Below, one piece after another: positions 1-12,369 of a stretch of DNA of 64,000 bases (the first letter of the stretch is position 1; every line of letters starts with the position of its first letter). The DNA lies in assembly GCA_051294905.1 (NCBI GenBank), contig CM119372.1, positions 20,958,001 through 21,022,000 of the forward strand, read 5' to 3'. Both the position numbers and the translations under genes were made by a program. This DNA is from Botryllus schlosseri (lineage: Eukaryota). The notes beneath the pieces are model-generated. The model saw only the letters and a program-made list of their open reading frames with translations, did no database searches and was not told the origin of the DNA.

Positions 1-1490
1 AATCCCCAAATGATACACTTGACAGTTTCGGGAATCATAATTCCTTGTAGTTCGACATACCTCGAAGGGCGTTGACGGGTAACGCCGGTCGCATGCTTGC
101 AAATTTCCGCACTTATAGCCGATTGCAACAAAACCTGCAGAATAACTTACCATCAGTTATGTCGTGAAAGTTGAAGGAATTTTGCAAACATCACAAGCAG
201 TATAGTACGGGGCAGATCGGCAAACTTCCTAGTCCGACTCCGATCCTGCTTCTTCAAAATGAAAGCCGGCTACGATCCGACACCGGTCGTACCAGAAAAA
301 GTATGAATCCGGCTCCAATTCGGCTGCGAATCGAAACAATACATACATGCCAATACCCAATATCCTCTCAGGATCTGGCTAAATCCTGCACACTAGTCCC
401 TAGTGCTCTGGCCGTATCAGAATAATACGAATGAGGACCCGATTCGCATCCTGCCTTATCAGCAAAAGTATGAATCCGGTTCCGGTTCAGTTTCGGGCAA
501 ACAAAAAAAATCGGTCCGATATCCAGTCAATATACACTCCATGCTCCGCGCTAATAGGCTGATGCCAACGATCTCCCCCACATAGTGGTCGCGGGTGAAT
601 TTCCGAGCTTGTTAGACCCCGAGGTCTGTAGCATTATAATAGTTGTTTTCAATCTCCAGACTGAAAGCCATAATTTAGCTATTGAAATACGAGATGATAT
701 TGCTGCCTGGCATTCAGCACATACCGTCAAAGTGAACACACCACGATTATAGGTACCAAAATTTTACTACGTCACAATTCCAATTTCAGTTTCACTGATA
801 CTTTATTTGTCGACCAGGTCGCTAACTGAAAATAGTTTGGGAGACAATGCTCTACAGAAATAACAAGATAGTTCGTGTTATCCGGATCTCTCTGCACACC
901 AAAATCAGACTCATGAATATGTGATCACGTAGTTCTTGGTCGTGCAAGGTGCAGTCACTCGAAATCGTCACCAACGCTCTCTGCATATGTTCATCGCTAT
1001 GCAACATCGAGTTTTCTAACTAAACAAACAATTCGTCAATCAACGAATAGACTAATTATTCAGTGACACTTATTGAGCGTCAGTTATAAGCACGCATCCA
1101 AACGCATGTACATTGTACAACGAGGATGATGATGAAGTTTTAAGCGCATATCGCTCCAAAGGACGTACAATGATTTGGAAGCGAAATTGCCTTGTACGGT
1201 TGTTCACACTGATTGTCTCTGTCCTAGAATTCGTACAAAATGTCACTCTATCCTCTATCATAGCGTGGGCCTACATAACGTATATCGGGTTGCCAATAAA
1301 TAAGACCAGCGCAAAGAGTCTATACGCGACAATGTAGTGACTGTCCGATGAGCCAAAACAGCTTTCTTCGGAAGAATAGGAGGGGGTTAACAGGGCGTCC
1401 AATACCCGGTTTGACGCCCAAGGAGGCGTTTTGTGAAAAAAAGTTTGGGAAACACTGATATAAATTTTTATACGTGAACAGCTGCGTATA

Positions 1491-1995
1491 TAGGGTTGCA
1501 TTAAAAAGAGGTGCTTTAAAAATGCCGTTCGAAAATGTTTCTTTAATTATGTCACAATTGTGTAAATACGTGTATGGTATGGGCCTTATTACGACTATCA
1601 TTAGCTATAGTCGATGAATACGATACGGAATGGTTGGAACCCGTGAAATGGTCGTCGGCTCAACAGTTATAGTACGTATAGCTATATATCACTGGAACAG
1701 AATGGAAATTCTGGCGATGATGGCCGCCAACCGTAAAATGCTCCATGACAATGTTGTCTTGGTCAAATTTATTCCATTGTCCATTTAAGACATGGGTTGG
1801 AAATCTTTTTCTTCTAGGGTGCCATATTGATCCTATGTTTTCAATTGTAATTCTTGAAGAGCCATATAACAATGTCATTCCAATGTGGCATCACATTTTT
1901 ATTTTCGTGACGCTAATAGTTACAAAAAGCACACAATAGAAACATGTTTAAAAAAGAGACATGTTTTAAATATGTTTGTTTTAAATATTACCCTA
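1491..1995. mobile_element. hAT-type MITE (TAGGGTTGCATT family)
   Basis: Imperfect TIRs TAGGGT...ACCCTA. Exact 8-bp TSD TGCGTATA (1483-1490 and 1996-2003). Related sequence at about 14992, 52585 and 53824. Confidence 0.8.
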
Positions 1996-2006
1996 TGCGT
2001 ATACAA

Positions 2007-3382
2007 CAGACTTGTACAAACTACTGAATTTTCAAAAAGCGCAACTAGAACTAGAACTAGAACTACTAAATTTTTAAGACTCACAACTATAACTATAACT
2101 AGAACTACCCAATGTTCAAATTCCGCAACTAGAACTAGAACTAGAACTACTCAATTTTCAAATCTCGCAACTAGAACTATAACTAGAACTAACGAAATTT
2201 AAATATCGGCAACTAACTAACTAAAACACAACTAACTAAATTTAATTCTCAATCAACTCATTCATTTTTATTTTATTCGAATTCGGCGTTCCAGCCTTCC
2301 ACATGAACGTCGGTACAACGAAATTACTGAAAAATCAGACAGACAGAACTATATTCTGTAATCAGTACAGGATAAACTAAACCATTTTCTGCAGCGGTTG
2401 CTGATTGCAGCGAATCAACATGAGTCGCGAAAATGTTTTTTCGTTGAATTTTGCCCTCTTTGGGGAATACAAAATCCCAGCATGCGAGAAAGCCCTTTCA
2501 CTGGGCGCAGATGTTGCAGTCATCATAAGAAAATCTTTCGCCAAGTTCCGTAATTCTGGCAAGTCAGTCATATTCCGCCAACAGTTTAGCACATTCTGAC
2601 CCAGGGGTAGTCGCTGTTCCCTGACATACTTTTTCACCTCAAACGGGCCGGATTTACCTTCAAGCGGACGACACTGACTTGGAGGTAGAGTGGAGTGAGA
2701 GTCTCGGTTTCTTGTGCGTTGGAGAGCCAGGAGGAGACGACCCAGGCAATTTCTGCAATTTCCTTCGTAAAGATACCTTGGGCGAATCCAGATATTCTTC
2801 TCTTTGTGCCTGGGCAGGCGTGGTCGGCATCATCATCACGAATCAAATCTCGTAAGTTTAACAGACGCGACAGCTTAGTTCCGAGATAATACTCGCCAGC
2901 GCACAGCAGGAGATCGCTAGTTCACATTCCAATCAGTAAACAACCTCAGCGGGAGAACGCGTGTGCTGCGCACTGTCGATTGTTGTTATCAGTGAACTCG
3001 ACATAATCAATGAATTAACTATGATCCAACAAGAGCATTTGATCCCTTGTCATGATCACATTAGTAACCCTAAGTAACTTCACTTGTCACGCGAGGAGAG
3101 TTCTCATCGCGCAGGGCAGGACACACGAGTGTTTTCTAGTTGTTCGGCAACTAATATTTTTTTGAAATGCGCAACTAAAACTAGAACTAGAACTACTGAA
3201 TTTTCAAAATCTGCAACTACAACTAGAACTAGAACTACGGAATTTTCAAAATCCGCAACTACAACTAGAACTAGAACTACGCAATTTTCAAAATACGCAA
3301 CTACAACTGGAACTAGAACTACTCAAAAAACTGTTAGTTAGTTGACCGTCAACTAACTAAATGTTTAGTTTGTACAAGTCTG
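2007..3382 (-). mobile_element. Internally deleted hAT transposon retaining the C-terminal dimerisation domain (2377-2637)
   Basis: TIR CAGACTTGTACAAAC at both ends. Exact TSD GTATACAA. AACTAG subterminal arrays. ORF W..LPELRNLAKDFLMMTATSAPSERAFSHAG matches the hATC motif. A fragment of the same family lies at about 41600-41839. Confidence 0.92.
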
Positions 3383-3856
3383 GTATACAAGGCTCACAGC
3401 AGGGTCTGCATTGACTGCATTAAATGCTGTATACTTAAAACCTAGAAGTACAAGATCCGATTATAATCAACACAGCATAGTTCGAACCTATAACATGACG
3501 TCACATTGCAAAGATGAGGTAGTGATTGATGGTCTAAAACACTAGATTCTTAAGAAGGACTAAATTCGCTTAATTAGCCGATTTTTGCAGAATACTCTTC
3601 CTCACAATAATATATAAATTATTATCGATATTCGGTGATCACTGTTTCTGTGTTGATTCATAAGTCAAGTATGTTGATTGCTATAATACAAATCACGGGT
3701 TGATTATCAGTTCAAAGAAATATTGTTTTTATGAATATAACCCGTTAATTGTCACGAGTTAATTATTAGACTCGAATCATCAAAATCAATACTCGACTAA
3801 GGGTGCGTTCTAGGTGTAGTTTCGTGCCAAACGTTTCGAGTCTGATGCTGAAAACA

Positions 3857-4773
3857 CAGGGTTGCAATGACTCGAGTCATGACTCGACTCGACTCGAGTC
3901 ATTTTCTCAAAATACGGAAATGACTAGACTCGACTCGAGTCAATCTGTGTATTGACTCGACTTGGACTCGAGTCATTGCGCATGACTCGAAGCAAGTCAT
4001 TGACTCGAGATTCAGACGGCCAAGACCGACATTTCACTATTGGGATTTCGTTAGTTGGTACTGGTGCTTGAAAATGCGACCAGAAACTGCTAAAAGTGAG
4101 GAAAATTGATATATTATAAATGCGAACCATTCAATATTACCAAACAGAGTTAAAAAGTGGGTTTAGGAAGACTTTAACTGGAAACTGAGCAGTCAACACA
4201 ATGACTTGGACTCGGACTCGAGTCATAATTAGGGCTGGGCACAATTATTCGCGTACTCGAATCTGAATCGAGTATTAAGTTTAATGATTCGAGTCGAGTA
4301 GTAAAATACGATTTTTTCGAGTACTGAAATTATACGCTTCTCACCACTGACCAATAATTTATCAACGAGAAGTATAGTTTCTATACTAATTTTCACTGTT
4401 GAAGCGTTGAAACCTTGATTGGCGGTATCGTAGCATACGAAACATTGTTACAAAGCTACGAAGGTTACTGGACGTAGCACATTTCCGAAGTCATGATTAT
4501 CCCACAACATTATCACCAAGTGGAATGAAATCGGTATGGTCGAAAAAATAGCAAAGCATGTTTTATGAGATGGATAACAGGCATTATATTCTTTGTTGTG
4601 ACATAAACGGTACATATTTGATCTTTGACGTATTACATTCTGTTATGACGTCATAAGGAGTGATACTCGATTACTCGACTCGATTCGAAGCATATTACGT
4701 GAATCAGAATCGAATCACTCAGGTACTCGATTTTGCCCAGCCCTAGTCATAATACCTTGACTCGGACTCGACT
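3857..4773. mobile_element. Truncated hAT-type MITE with GACTCGAGTC subterminal repeats (family B)
   Basis: Starts CAGGGTTGCAATG. Long similarity to the reverse complement of 13844-14400. Confidence 0.8.
4230..4745. mobile_element. hAT-type MITE (family A) nested in family B
   Basis: TIR TAGGGCTGGGCA. Exact TSD GTCATAAT. A related copy starts at about 30482. Confidence 0.9.
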
Positions 4774-5123
4774 GCGCTATTATAGAGACTGTTGTCAGAC
4801 AGTATAGTACTATAGTGCGTTGGCGTTCTGTAGATGCTAGGTATGGTAGGTTTTGATAGTCGGTGATATACAGACTATGGCTTGCTTGGTTATAGTAACG
4901 TACTCTTTACAATAAATGATTATTTATCACATGTGTGATCCGCAATTAAGCAATGAGTACCGGTAGTCAAAATCAGTGCAAGATAGAATCATCATCCGTC
5001 TATGTATGCGGCAAGAGAGGAAGAACATCACGTCGTAAGAAGATGAATTGTGACAACGAGAATAAATGCCTGGCAGAAAAAATAAATGTCTGTCTGTTCT
5101 AACAAGGTAAGCTATCAGAGGAG

Positions 5124-6234
5124 ATCATCATCATCATCATCATCATTGGTTTATTAGCAATTTTATCAGTTCAATACACCACAAAAAATGCGATACAATG
5201 AATAGACAGGAAGATGTCGAAGCGACTTGGATTTGTCTATGGAATCAGACACCCACCTTGGCCTAGGCGATGTAAAGAGGAGGTATATGCACACTGAATG
5301 AAAGTAAAGAAGACGGTATAGTAAAGAATGCGACAAGAATAGGGCGGCATGTCATGGGAAGCGAGATCGATAGGTCAGTCGTGGTCCGGTAATCTTGAGA
5401 ATGGACTGTATTTATTTAATAGTAATTGCTTGCATTTCGACTTGAATGTGGACATGCTCGTCGACTGTCGAATGGCCGGCGGGATACTGTTCCACACATC
5501 AGGTCCGGCATATTTTATAGAGCGATGATCTTTTCGGTCGATCATATGATATTTGGACGACGTGGACGCGCGTGTGTTGTACTTGTGCGTTTTTGATTTC
5601 GAGGTAAAGTAGTCATTGAAATATTCGGGGCAACGACTGCAGTGGAACTGATACATAAACTTGGCGATTTCTAGTTTCCGCATATCTTCTATGTTTAGGG
5701 CGCCGAATCTCTTCAGCAGCGACTTGTTGGATGGGCAGCCAGGCCCCTTTGGGACCCTAGCTATGATTCGGAGTACTTTATGCTGTAGTTTTTGCAGTGG
5801 CTTGAGTGCAGTTTTACTGGCAGCCCCCCAACAAAGGATGCAGTAACTTCGATTGGATTAAGGATTTAAAGAGTATCAGAAGAACCCATGCTGGCATGAA
5901 GCGCCTAAGGCTGTAGAACAGGCCACACTTCGGTGATAATTTGGTGTCTAGGGACTGAATATCACTCTTCCAGGACATGTTCGAGTCCATTAAAACCCCG
6001 AGATATTTGGCATTATCTGTGTTGGAAACGGGCTGACCAGCGATATTAACGGTTAGGTTATTTTTTGAATTTACTGTCAGCAATTGGGATTTCGAAGCGT
6101 TTATGCAAATGTTGTTCTGGGCCGTCCACTCATGGACTTTGGGCATATGGTCACTAGTCAGGGCATCCAGCTCTGCCATCGAAGATGCGGAAGAACGGAG
6201 GTGAGTATCATCAGCGAACAGTATGGTGTTCGAT
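5124..6234 (-). mobile_element. 5'-truncated, frameshifted CR1/L2-group LINE (RT C-terminus)
   Basis: LFADDT motif at the 5' end, KYLGV, and HKYNTR...SIKYAGPDVWNSIP. AATAAA followed by an (ATG)n tail. GAGGAG duplicated on both flanks. Confidence 0.9.
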
Positions 6235-9200
6235 GAGGAGGTTTCAAAAATGTCGTTGGAGTTGATGATGTTGCAGTAAAATTCTTGGTAATGTCCCTAT
6301 CAGAAGCAGAAACACAAAAACACAGCTCAGCAAGAATGGTTGTTGAACAAGCTTTTGATCGTCTCAAATCCCTGTGGCCTTAGAAGATGCGACGCTAGTC
6401 TGATCAACATTAGGCTGATAATTGTGGCTTGTGAAATGCTCCATAGCAAGGGGCCTGATTCAAGATCTGGATGCAGTTGATGTAGGTGGCGGCAACCACT
6501 TGGAAGAGATCCTGAAACTCATTTAAACTTGGATAGTGAGGTAGCTGCAACACTGTGTTTACATCATATGCTGCTTTATTTGCCAATTCTCAAATCTCAA
6601 TTGTCAATTTTTACCAATGAAACCTCACATCCTGTTTGTGTGTGATGCTAAACATCATTGCGTCATCGGTATCTTTCAGCCGTGAGACAAAATGGCAAAA
6701 AATCGGTTCACTGAAAGATTCGCTTTTTATTGAGCAGTTATTGAGGAAGAATGTTTTCCAGTATTGCTTCAAATAGGGTTCCATCATCTTTGAGGTTAGT
6801 TGCAACAATGCTGTAAAAAATGCACCGGTAGTAAGTATGACGACAAACAGGAAATTACTCTGCACCTTCCTTGACTCATGCCAGGGATATCTCTGGCGCA
6901 AAACGTCCTGCGGCATCTGCAGTCCTGTAGTGTGCAATGACTGCTGCCTAAAATTATACAAGTGGTCAAGAGTTATTGTCAGTTTGTCATGTTTAATTAA
7001 AATGTCTGATCGCGCATTGTATATAGCACGACAATGGTTGTGCTTGTATCAGCATCTCCATCATCTTCATTTGGTGTGCATTTTCCTTTTCTTTTTGCTT
7101 TTCGTGAAATGCCAATGCACTTACCAATTGATTCAAAATTAGTTTAACATTTCCAATTATCCTAGAAAGAATCTTCATGCATGATTTTACATACCGTAAC
7201 CTCTGACTGATATAAGCCTACTCTTTTATTACTGAGAAAGCCATCCAGCAATCTGGGCTTAAATATATATATTGATTTGCGTGAAATTGAGCTGCTTACT
7301 TGAAAATGTCACCATTCTTTCGGATTGATGTAATCATACTCTGCATCCTTACACTGCGGTATAGCCTATTTCCAAATGTGTAAAATAAAAACACTCTGCA
7401 AAACATATATCATTACTAGAAACTAGTGATACGGTACTCCTGAATATACCGTGTAGGCCTATATATATCCCTACAAACTACCATGCGATGCATATAAACA
7501 ACATTGCCATTACAAATCAACTCAATAGAACCACTATTCAATATCTGCTACCTCCATGACCAATATTTCCAATGTCGACCCGCTCCTGCCAATTGAAACA
7601 GGTAGTTTCGCGTCAGCAACAAGCACGAAAACACACGTTCGTAGTAGCCATGCTAGCACGAAAATAATTTCGCGTTACGCGCCACTACGAACGCCCTCCG
7701 TAGTCAAGCGAGACCGACTATGAACGATTGGGTTTTCGAGACCATCGGCGCGAAAACTACTAGTCGGAACGGGGTAATTTTGAAACCACTACCGAAACCA
7801 GGTTCACTTCGAACGGTCGTGTTTTCGCGACTGGTTTTGGAATCATTTCGAAAACGTCACCTAGAACGCACCCTGAGATTCGAGTACTCGAAACATTGTG
7901 CCCAGCTGGAGTGATGACCATCTTCATTTATGAGTATGCTAACTGAAAGTTTAGCTTTGGTGTCGACGCGAATTCACTCCAAGATCCCCTCGAATTTGAA
8001 ATCACAATACGTTTTGCATTCCAATAGAGGATTCTAGTAAACTAAACGATGTTCCAGAGGATTAGCGGTGTAATCTTTCCAGTAATCGAAACACTAATAG
8101 CCGAGAACCTGTTCTTTGCTTTGAGGCTGAAAGCACTCAGTGCTGTTGGGATTATGTAGTTTAACCGTTGGCAGTAAGCAGATATACGAGAGCTTCCAAG
8201 TATTAAATTGCCATATTGTACTGAATCACCAAATTCGTAATTTGGGAATGTCATGTCTCCGGCGTCGACGAGATTTCCGACTTTCTACAATAAACTTTAC
8301 AACGTCAATACCGATTATGCACTGGGTATCCTACTTTGCTTTACAATTGTAGGACCTTACCGAATTACGTGTACATTAAAATATTGAGCGTAACGACTGG
8401 TAAGACCCGTAACATGCATCGCTGGATCTCTGTCAATCCGACTGTAATCCTTCGTCATCTCCTGTTGCTGCAATCTCTTCAAGATCGTGTAAGTGGATAA
8501 ATGCAGGATGTGCGCATCGCCATTATTCCTAGTCTAATTATATGCAAACTCCATGAGGGATGATTTAAGAAGATAAGACATGTATTCGTATAGTGATGCA
8601 CTACAAATTCTACCAGAGACAATTTTGACCATGTACGCCGCGTCAAAATAGGAGTGATATGATGATCTGATAATTTTCATGCGATAACCTCCGAAGTTTT
8701 TCATAGAGCAATGGATTCGATATTCAATTGAACAATATCTTAATATGTGAAATATACACGAACATTTCGTGCTGACACTCTTCTGTTTGTAATCGTCAGC
8801 AGCTAGAGCGGTGCGGTCTCAAACTGGAGGGCGTGACAGCATCTGAGAGGCGAAGTCGCCTGAGAGAATTATAGTTTATGAACTCGTAATGAGTTTAATT
8901 GGCGCTGAAAGTTACAAGTTTCAATGACGGCAATAATCCTAATTAGATTGCGATTTTAAATGTCACACTGTCCACACACCGATGCCACTGATGCCGGACC
9001 GGAAGATGTCTCAGAATTAGGATTAGCTGGAGAATGCTTGAAGGTGCCAGCTGATGCTTTCATGGACTGTGTGTATAGGGTCTGTAGTGCAGTCATGTCA
9101 ACCGCATTTCAAGCATCGAGTCGGCCGATTCTAAACTTTTAGTCGGCGGTAATCGCATACAGTCGTAACCATACTACCTAATATATATTTACACATTCTG

Positions 9201-10309
9201 CAATTCACCATATGTATTATGTACAGTAGGATGCATACAATGAATTTTTCGCATTATCAGCTGCTCCATAAAATGTGCATCCAACCGATTTTCTCATCTT
9301 CTTGATATATGAAGGAGGTATTAACAGGACCAAGTGTGCGGATCTTTCTCTGTAATGAGAGAATGAAAACTGTAAATCAGGGGTCGGCAACCTTTTGTAT
9401 GCAGCTTGTCAAAATATGTCAGTGTCAAAATATTACCAACTGGCGTGCCAATCATTTTTAGTTTTGTCATATTTATAGTTTCAAGCAGAGAATCCCACCA
9501 ACCGCTTATATCTTAAGCTGGCAACGACATAGGTTAGGGATTGTGGTTGCTAAAAGTATGGGTCGCGAAGGGTACAGATTTTTGTCGTTACCGCACCAGA
9601 GCTATCGTTTAAGTACGTAATATTTTTTTGATTAAAAAAAATATATATTCGTGCCAAGATCGAACTTTTGTGGTTGCTCGGGCCGTTTCCAAGATCACCG
9701 TGTGTGGTATCATATCCGATAACTGACAGGTGCTTCTAGGTTGTTACGACGATATGATACTAATACCATAATAAGGTTGGTCTGACACTGGGTTTGTCTG
9801 TAAAGCACTAAAGATCACGGTAAATATTGTCACTGCTGCTCCCAATATATTAGTAGGGTATCTCACACGTCCGATCCATGCACAGAATCCCCAGTTCGCC
9901 TTTCGTTACCGGGCTCATTATTTCCCTCTACGGGTCTTATTTGCATCGCGCAGGATTCCGGCACAGGACTCTTCGGCGCCTGCACATATCAATATCGAAC
10001 GTTTCGGCCAACATACGACGGCGCATATACGTCAAAGATTTGACCAAACATTTCACGGAGGCCCGTTGACCGAGACGTTATGTGCCTGGGTTTCTCAAAG
10101 TATGGGTCTCGACCCAAACATAGGCCGCGAAGGGTAAAAATAAGGGTCGACACCGCACCAAATCGATCTTTTATGTATATAATATTTTTTGAATGTTTGC
10201 AACAACAAAAATTCTTCTCGTCCCGCGCAATTTCCTGTGGATGGTTTAGAGACATAATATATATTCAAAGTCACTGTGTTGTTGTAGTAAAAACAAGGGC
10301 TAAGAGCTC

Positions 10310-11313
10310 GAAGTCCGGTTGGCCTTTTCGGCTTGGCACTTACCTATTGGAAATAGCTTGGATCGCGCCCTAGGACCACTCGACTAACTAACGCTACAAT
10401 AATTATATGTGCTATATTCGGGATCAAATCAAGTTTGTTACAGCAACCATACGGGCTCGTACCATTTGCTTCGAGCCCGGTGTAGCCTACACATCCTAAA
10501 TTCATCTCTGCGATTGGCAAATGGCAATACGGGGATGTCAATTGTATTGGGTTTTGTTTTATTGTTTTCTGTGACTAGTAAATCAACTGAGATAGTGGAA
10601 CATCTATTTTCTCACATTGAATTTAGTACTACACCCTGTTATTAACTTCAACATGAATGTATTCCAAACGAAGAAATCCGTAATACATAACGTTATTGTG
10701 CGGTTGTGGGCCACAACACCAAATGATAATATCTTTTATGATACCACGAAGAAATATTCTGAAGGTTTTATTTTGTTGCTCCAAAATACAAGTGGATTTA
10801 GATAATAATTTTTGCCAAAAAGCTTCAATGCATCGTTAATGTACAAAGGACTCTCACTCTCAAAATTGATTGAGTGCCTCTTTCCTCGATTTCGACATGA
10901 TGTGCGCTACAAGACAAAATACCTAGTTTCAAACATTTTGTGGAAAATATCCCGAGCTAGCGCGACGGAAGTGTTTTAACGGGGAATTGGCGATCTAAAA
11001 GTACGCGCAAGTCATTTTAATTGAATTATAATAAAACCACTGCATTCACGGAAAGATGTTGCAAACACTAGTGTATATTTCGCTCGGAGCACGACAAAAA
11101 AGTTATAGATTTGGCGGATTTTGTCGAATGTTAATTAGAAATGAGAACTCAGGGATATTGTTCTATTTTATAATCATATGTCCTTACTGCACCCTCTACT
11201 GCGACGTCATTTTTTCAGCGCCCCTACAGAGCCTCCTGAGCCCAGCGCCCCCACATAGCACGCTGAGCGTTTCCGCCTCGTGAGGGCGTTGGCGACCAGG
11301 TTAAGAAACACTG
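10310..11313. mobile_element. Partial copy of hAT family C
   Basis: About 1 kb of diverged similarity to 20060-21079. Ends in TIR GGTTAAGAAACACTG. Confidence 0.75.
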
Positions 11314-11556
11314 GTGTATACTGTAGGTAGAGGGAGGGACAGTGCGGGGCCGTAACTATCGCAACCCATACTTATTTTGAATCGAAATTATTAACAGAAA
11401 TGAATCCAACTGTATTCGCAATTGACAAGAACTGTAGATTCCTAGGTTAACTTTACGCGGTCGGAGACCGTTGGGATGTCTAGGTAATGTGCAACGTGCG
11501 GGTGCGGAATCATCCGACTATTGCGGGATCAACCCTTTCCACGCCAGGGCACTAGA

Positions 11557-11591
11557 TTACATGAAGTTTTGCCTGGGGTTATCTACTCCTG
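11557..11591 (-). CDS. Candidate terminal exon B (AGVDNPRQNFM-stop)
   Basis: Acceptor CATATGCAG after EGF6, in frame to TAA. No independent support. Confidence 0.25.
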
Positions 11592-11797
11592 CTGCATATG
11601 GTATGGATAGATAGATATAAACTAAACAATTCATTTTAGGACAGTGACTCTAGTCAAGTCACGTCGATCAAATAAATTGACAGAGTCATCCAAAAACTTG
11701 GTTATGTTCAGTACTGGCATATGATATTACCGAAGATAGTTCTGTCTCGTGCGGGTGAGCTATATTCAAGGATGCGATGACAAAGAATATTACTCAC

Positions 11798-11917
11798 CAA
11801 TACATTGGCCATCGACAAAACAGTAACCCAGAGGACAGACGCAAAACGGTCTTGTACCAATTATATTATCAACACAGCGTCCTTGCGGCGGGCACTTGAC
11901 GTTGCGACAGGAAACTT
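11798..11917 (-). CDS. Exon: EGF-like domain 6 (VSCRNVKCPPQGRCVDNIIGTRPFCVCPLGYCFVDGQCI); same gene or a downstream paralog; not in the ORF track
   Basis: EGF Cys spacing (CxCxxGY..G.C) plus one extra Cys. Acceptor CATTTAG, donor GTGAGT. 120 bp, phase 1-1. Confidence 0.85.
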
Positions 11918-12369
11918 CTAAATGTTTAAAAAAGCATACTGAAAAGAGTTACCAGACACATTTCTTACACAGCTTACAGACATCCATTATTATTGACGAT
12001 GATCATGGTTAACCGGCCCCGATTAATTATCGATTAGCATTGCCACTGATTTCTGTCGGCTTCCTTCTCTCATTTAATTGAAAGGAGAGTTTCGCACGCT
12101 CACCTTCCAAAGACGCTCATTTTACGTAAATCTGCTCGGGATTCCGAAGCAAGCGGAGCGGCTGATTGATCAAATATCAAACCAATATAAATGGAACGCA
12201 ACAAGCTTGCAAGTTTACTCGAAACTCCACATGACGTCACTGATATTTGATAATGACCATTGACCATTCTACATCTTAATATGTCCACTGTCCAGCCAAT
12301 CTTTTAAAGACCTAATTTCATTTGTAGGCGTGTATGTTTGCGAAAGTAGCATCCAGTTGCTCGCAGGGA

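Larger units (their letters stand above)
3801..7873 (+). mobile_element. Degenerate PIF/Harbinger transposon containing nested MITEs and a LINE
   Basis: Perfect 16-bp TIR GGGTGCGTTCTAGGTG, flanked by TAA and TGA. HARBI1-like remnant on + (GFKNVVGVD; HSSARMVVEQAFDRLKSLW; IIVACEMLH at about 6240-6450). A convergent coiled-coil-like ORF at 6993-7178 is compatible with the second (Myb-like) gene. Confidence 0.82.

Noticed and set aside
61..134. Splice-bounded minus-strand segment at the window start
   Set aside because: No recognisable protein and no linkable neighbouring exon within the window.
1885..2202. Thr/Arg-rich ORFs (TRTRT), also 3084-3341
   Set aside because: These are translations of AACTAG subterminal repeats of the hAT element.
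3860..4230. GACTCGAGTC, GACTT and AACTAG short-repeat arrays resembling CRISPR or satellite DNA (also 2030-2200, 3170-3320, 13850-14400, 42960-43930)
   Set aside because: No constant repeat-spacer periodicity and no cas genes. They are subterminal repeats inside elements bounded by TIRs and TSDs.
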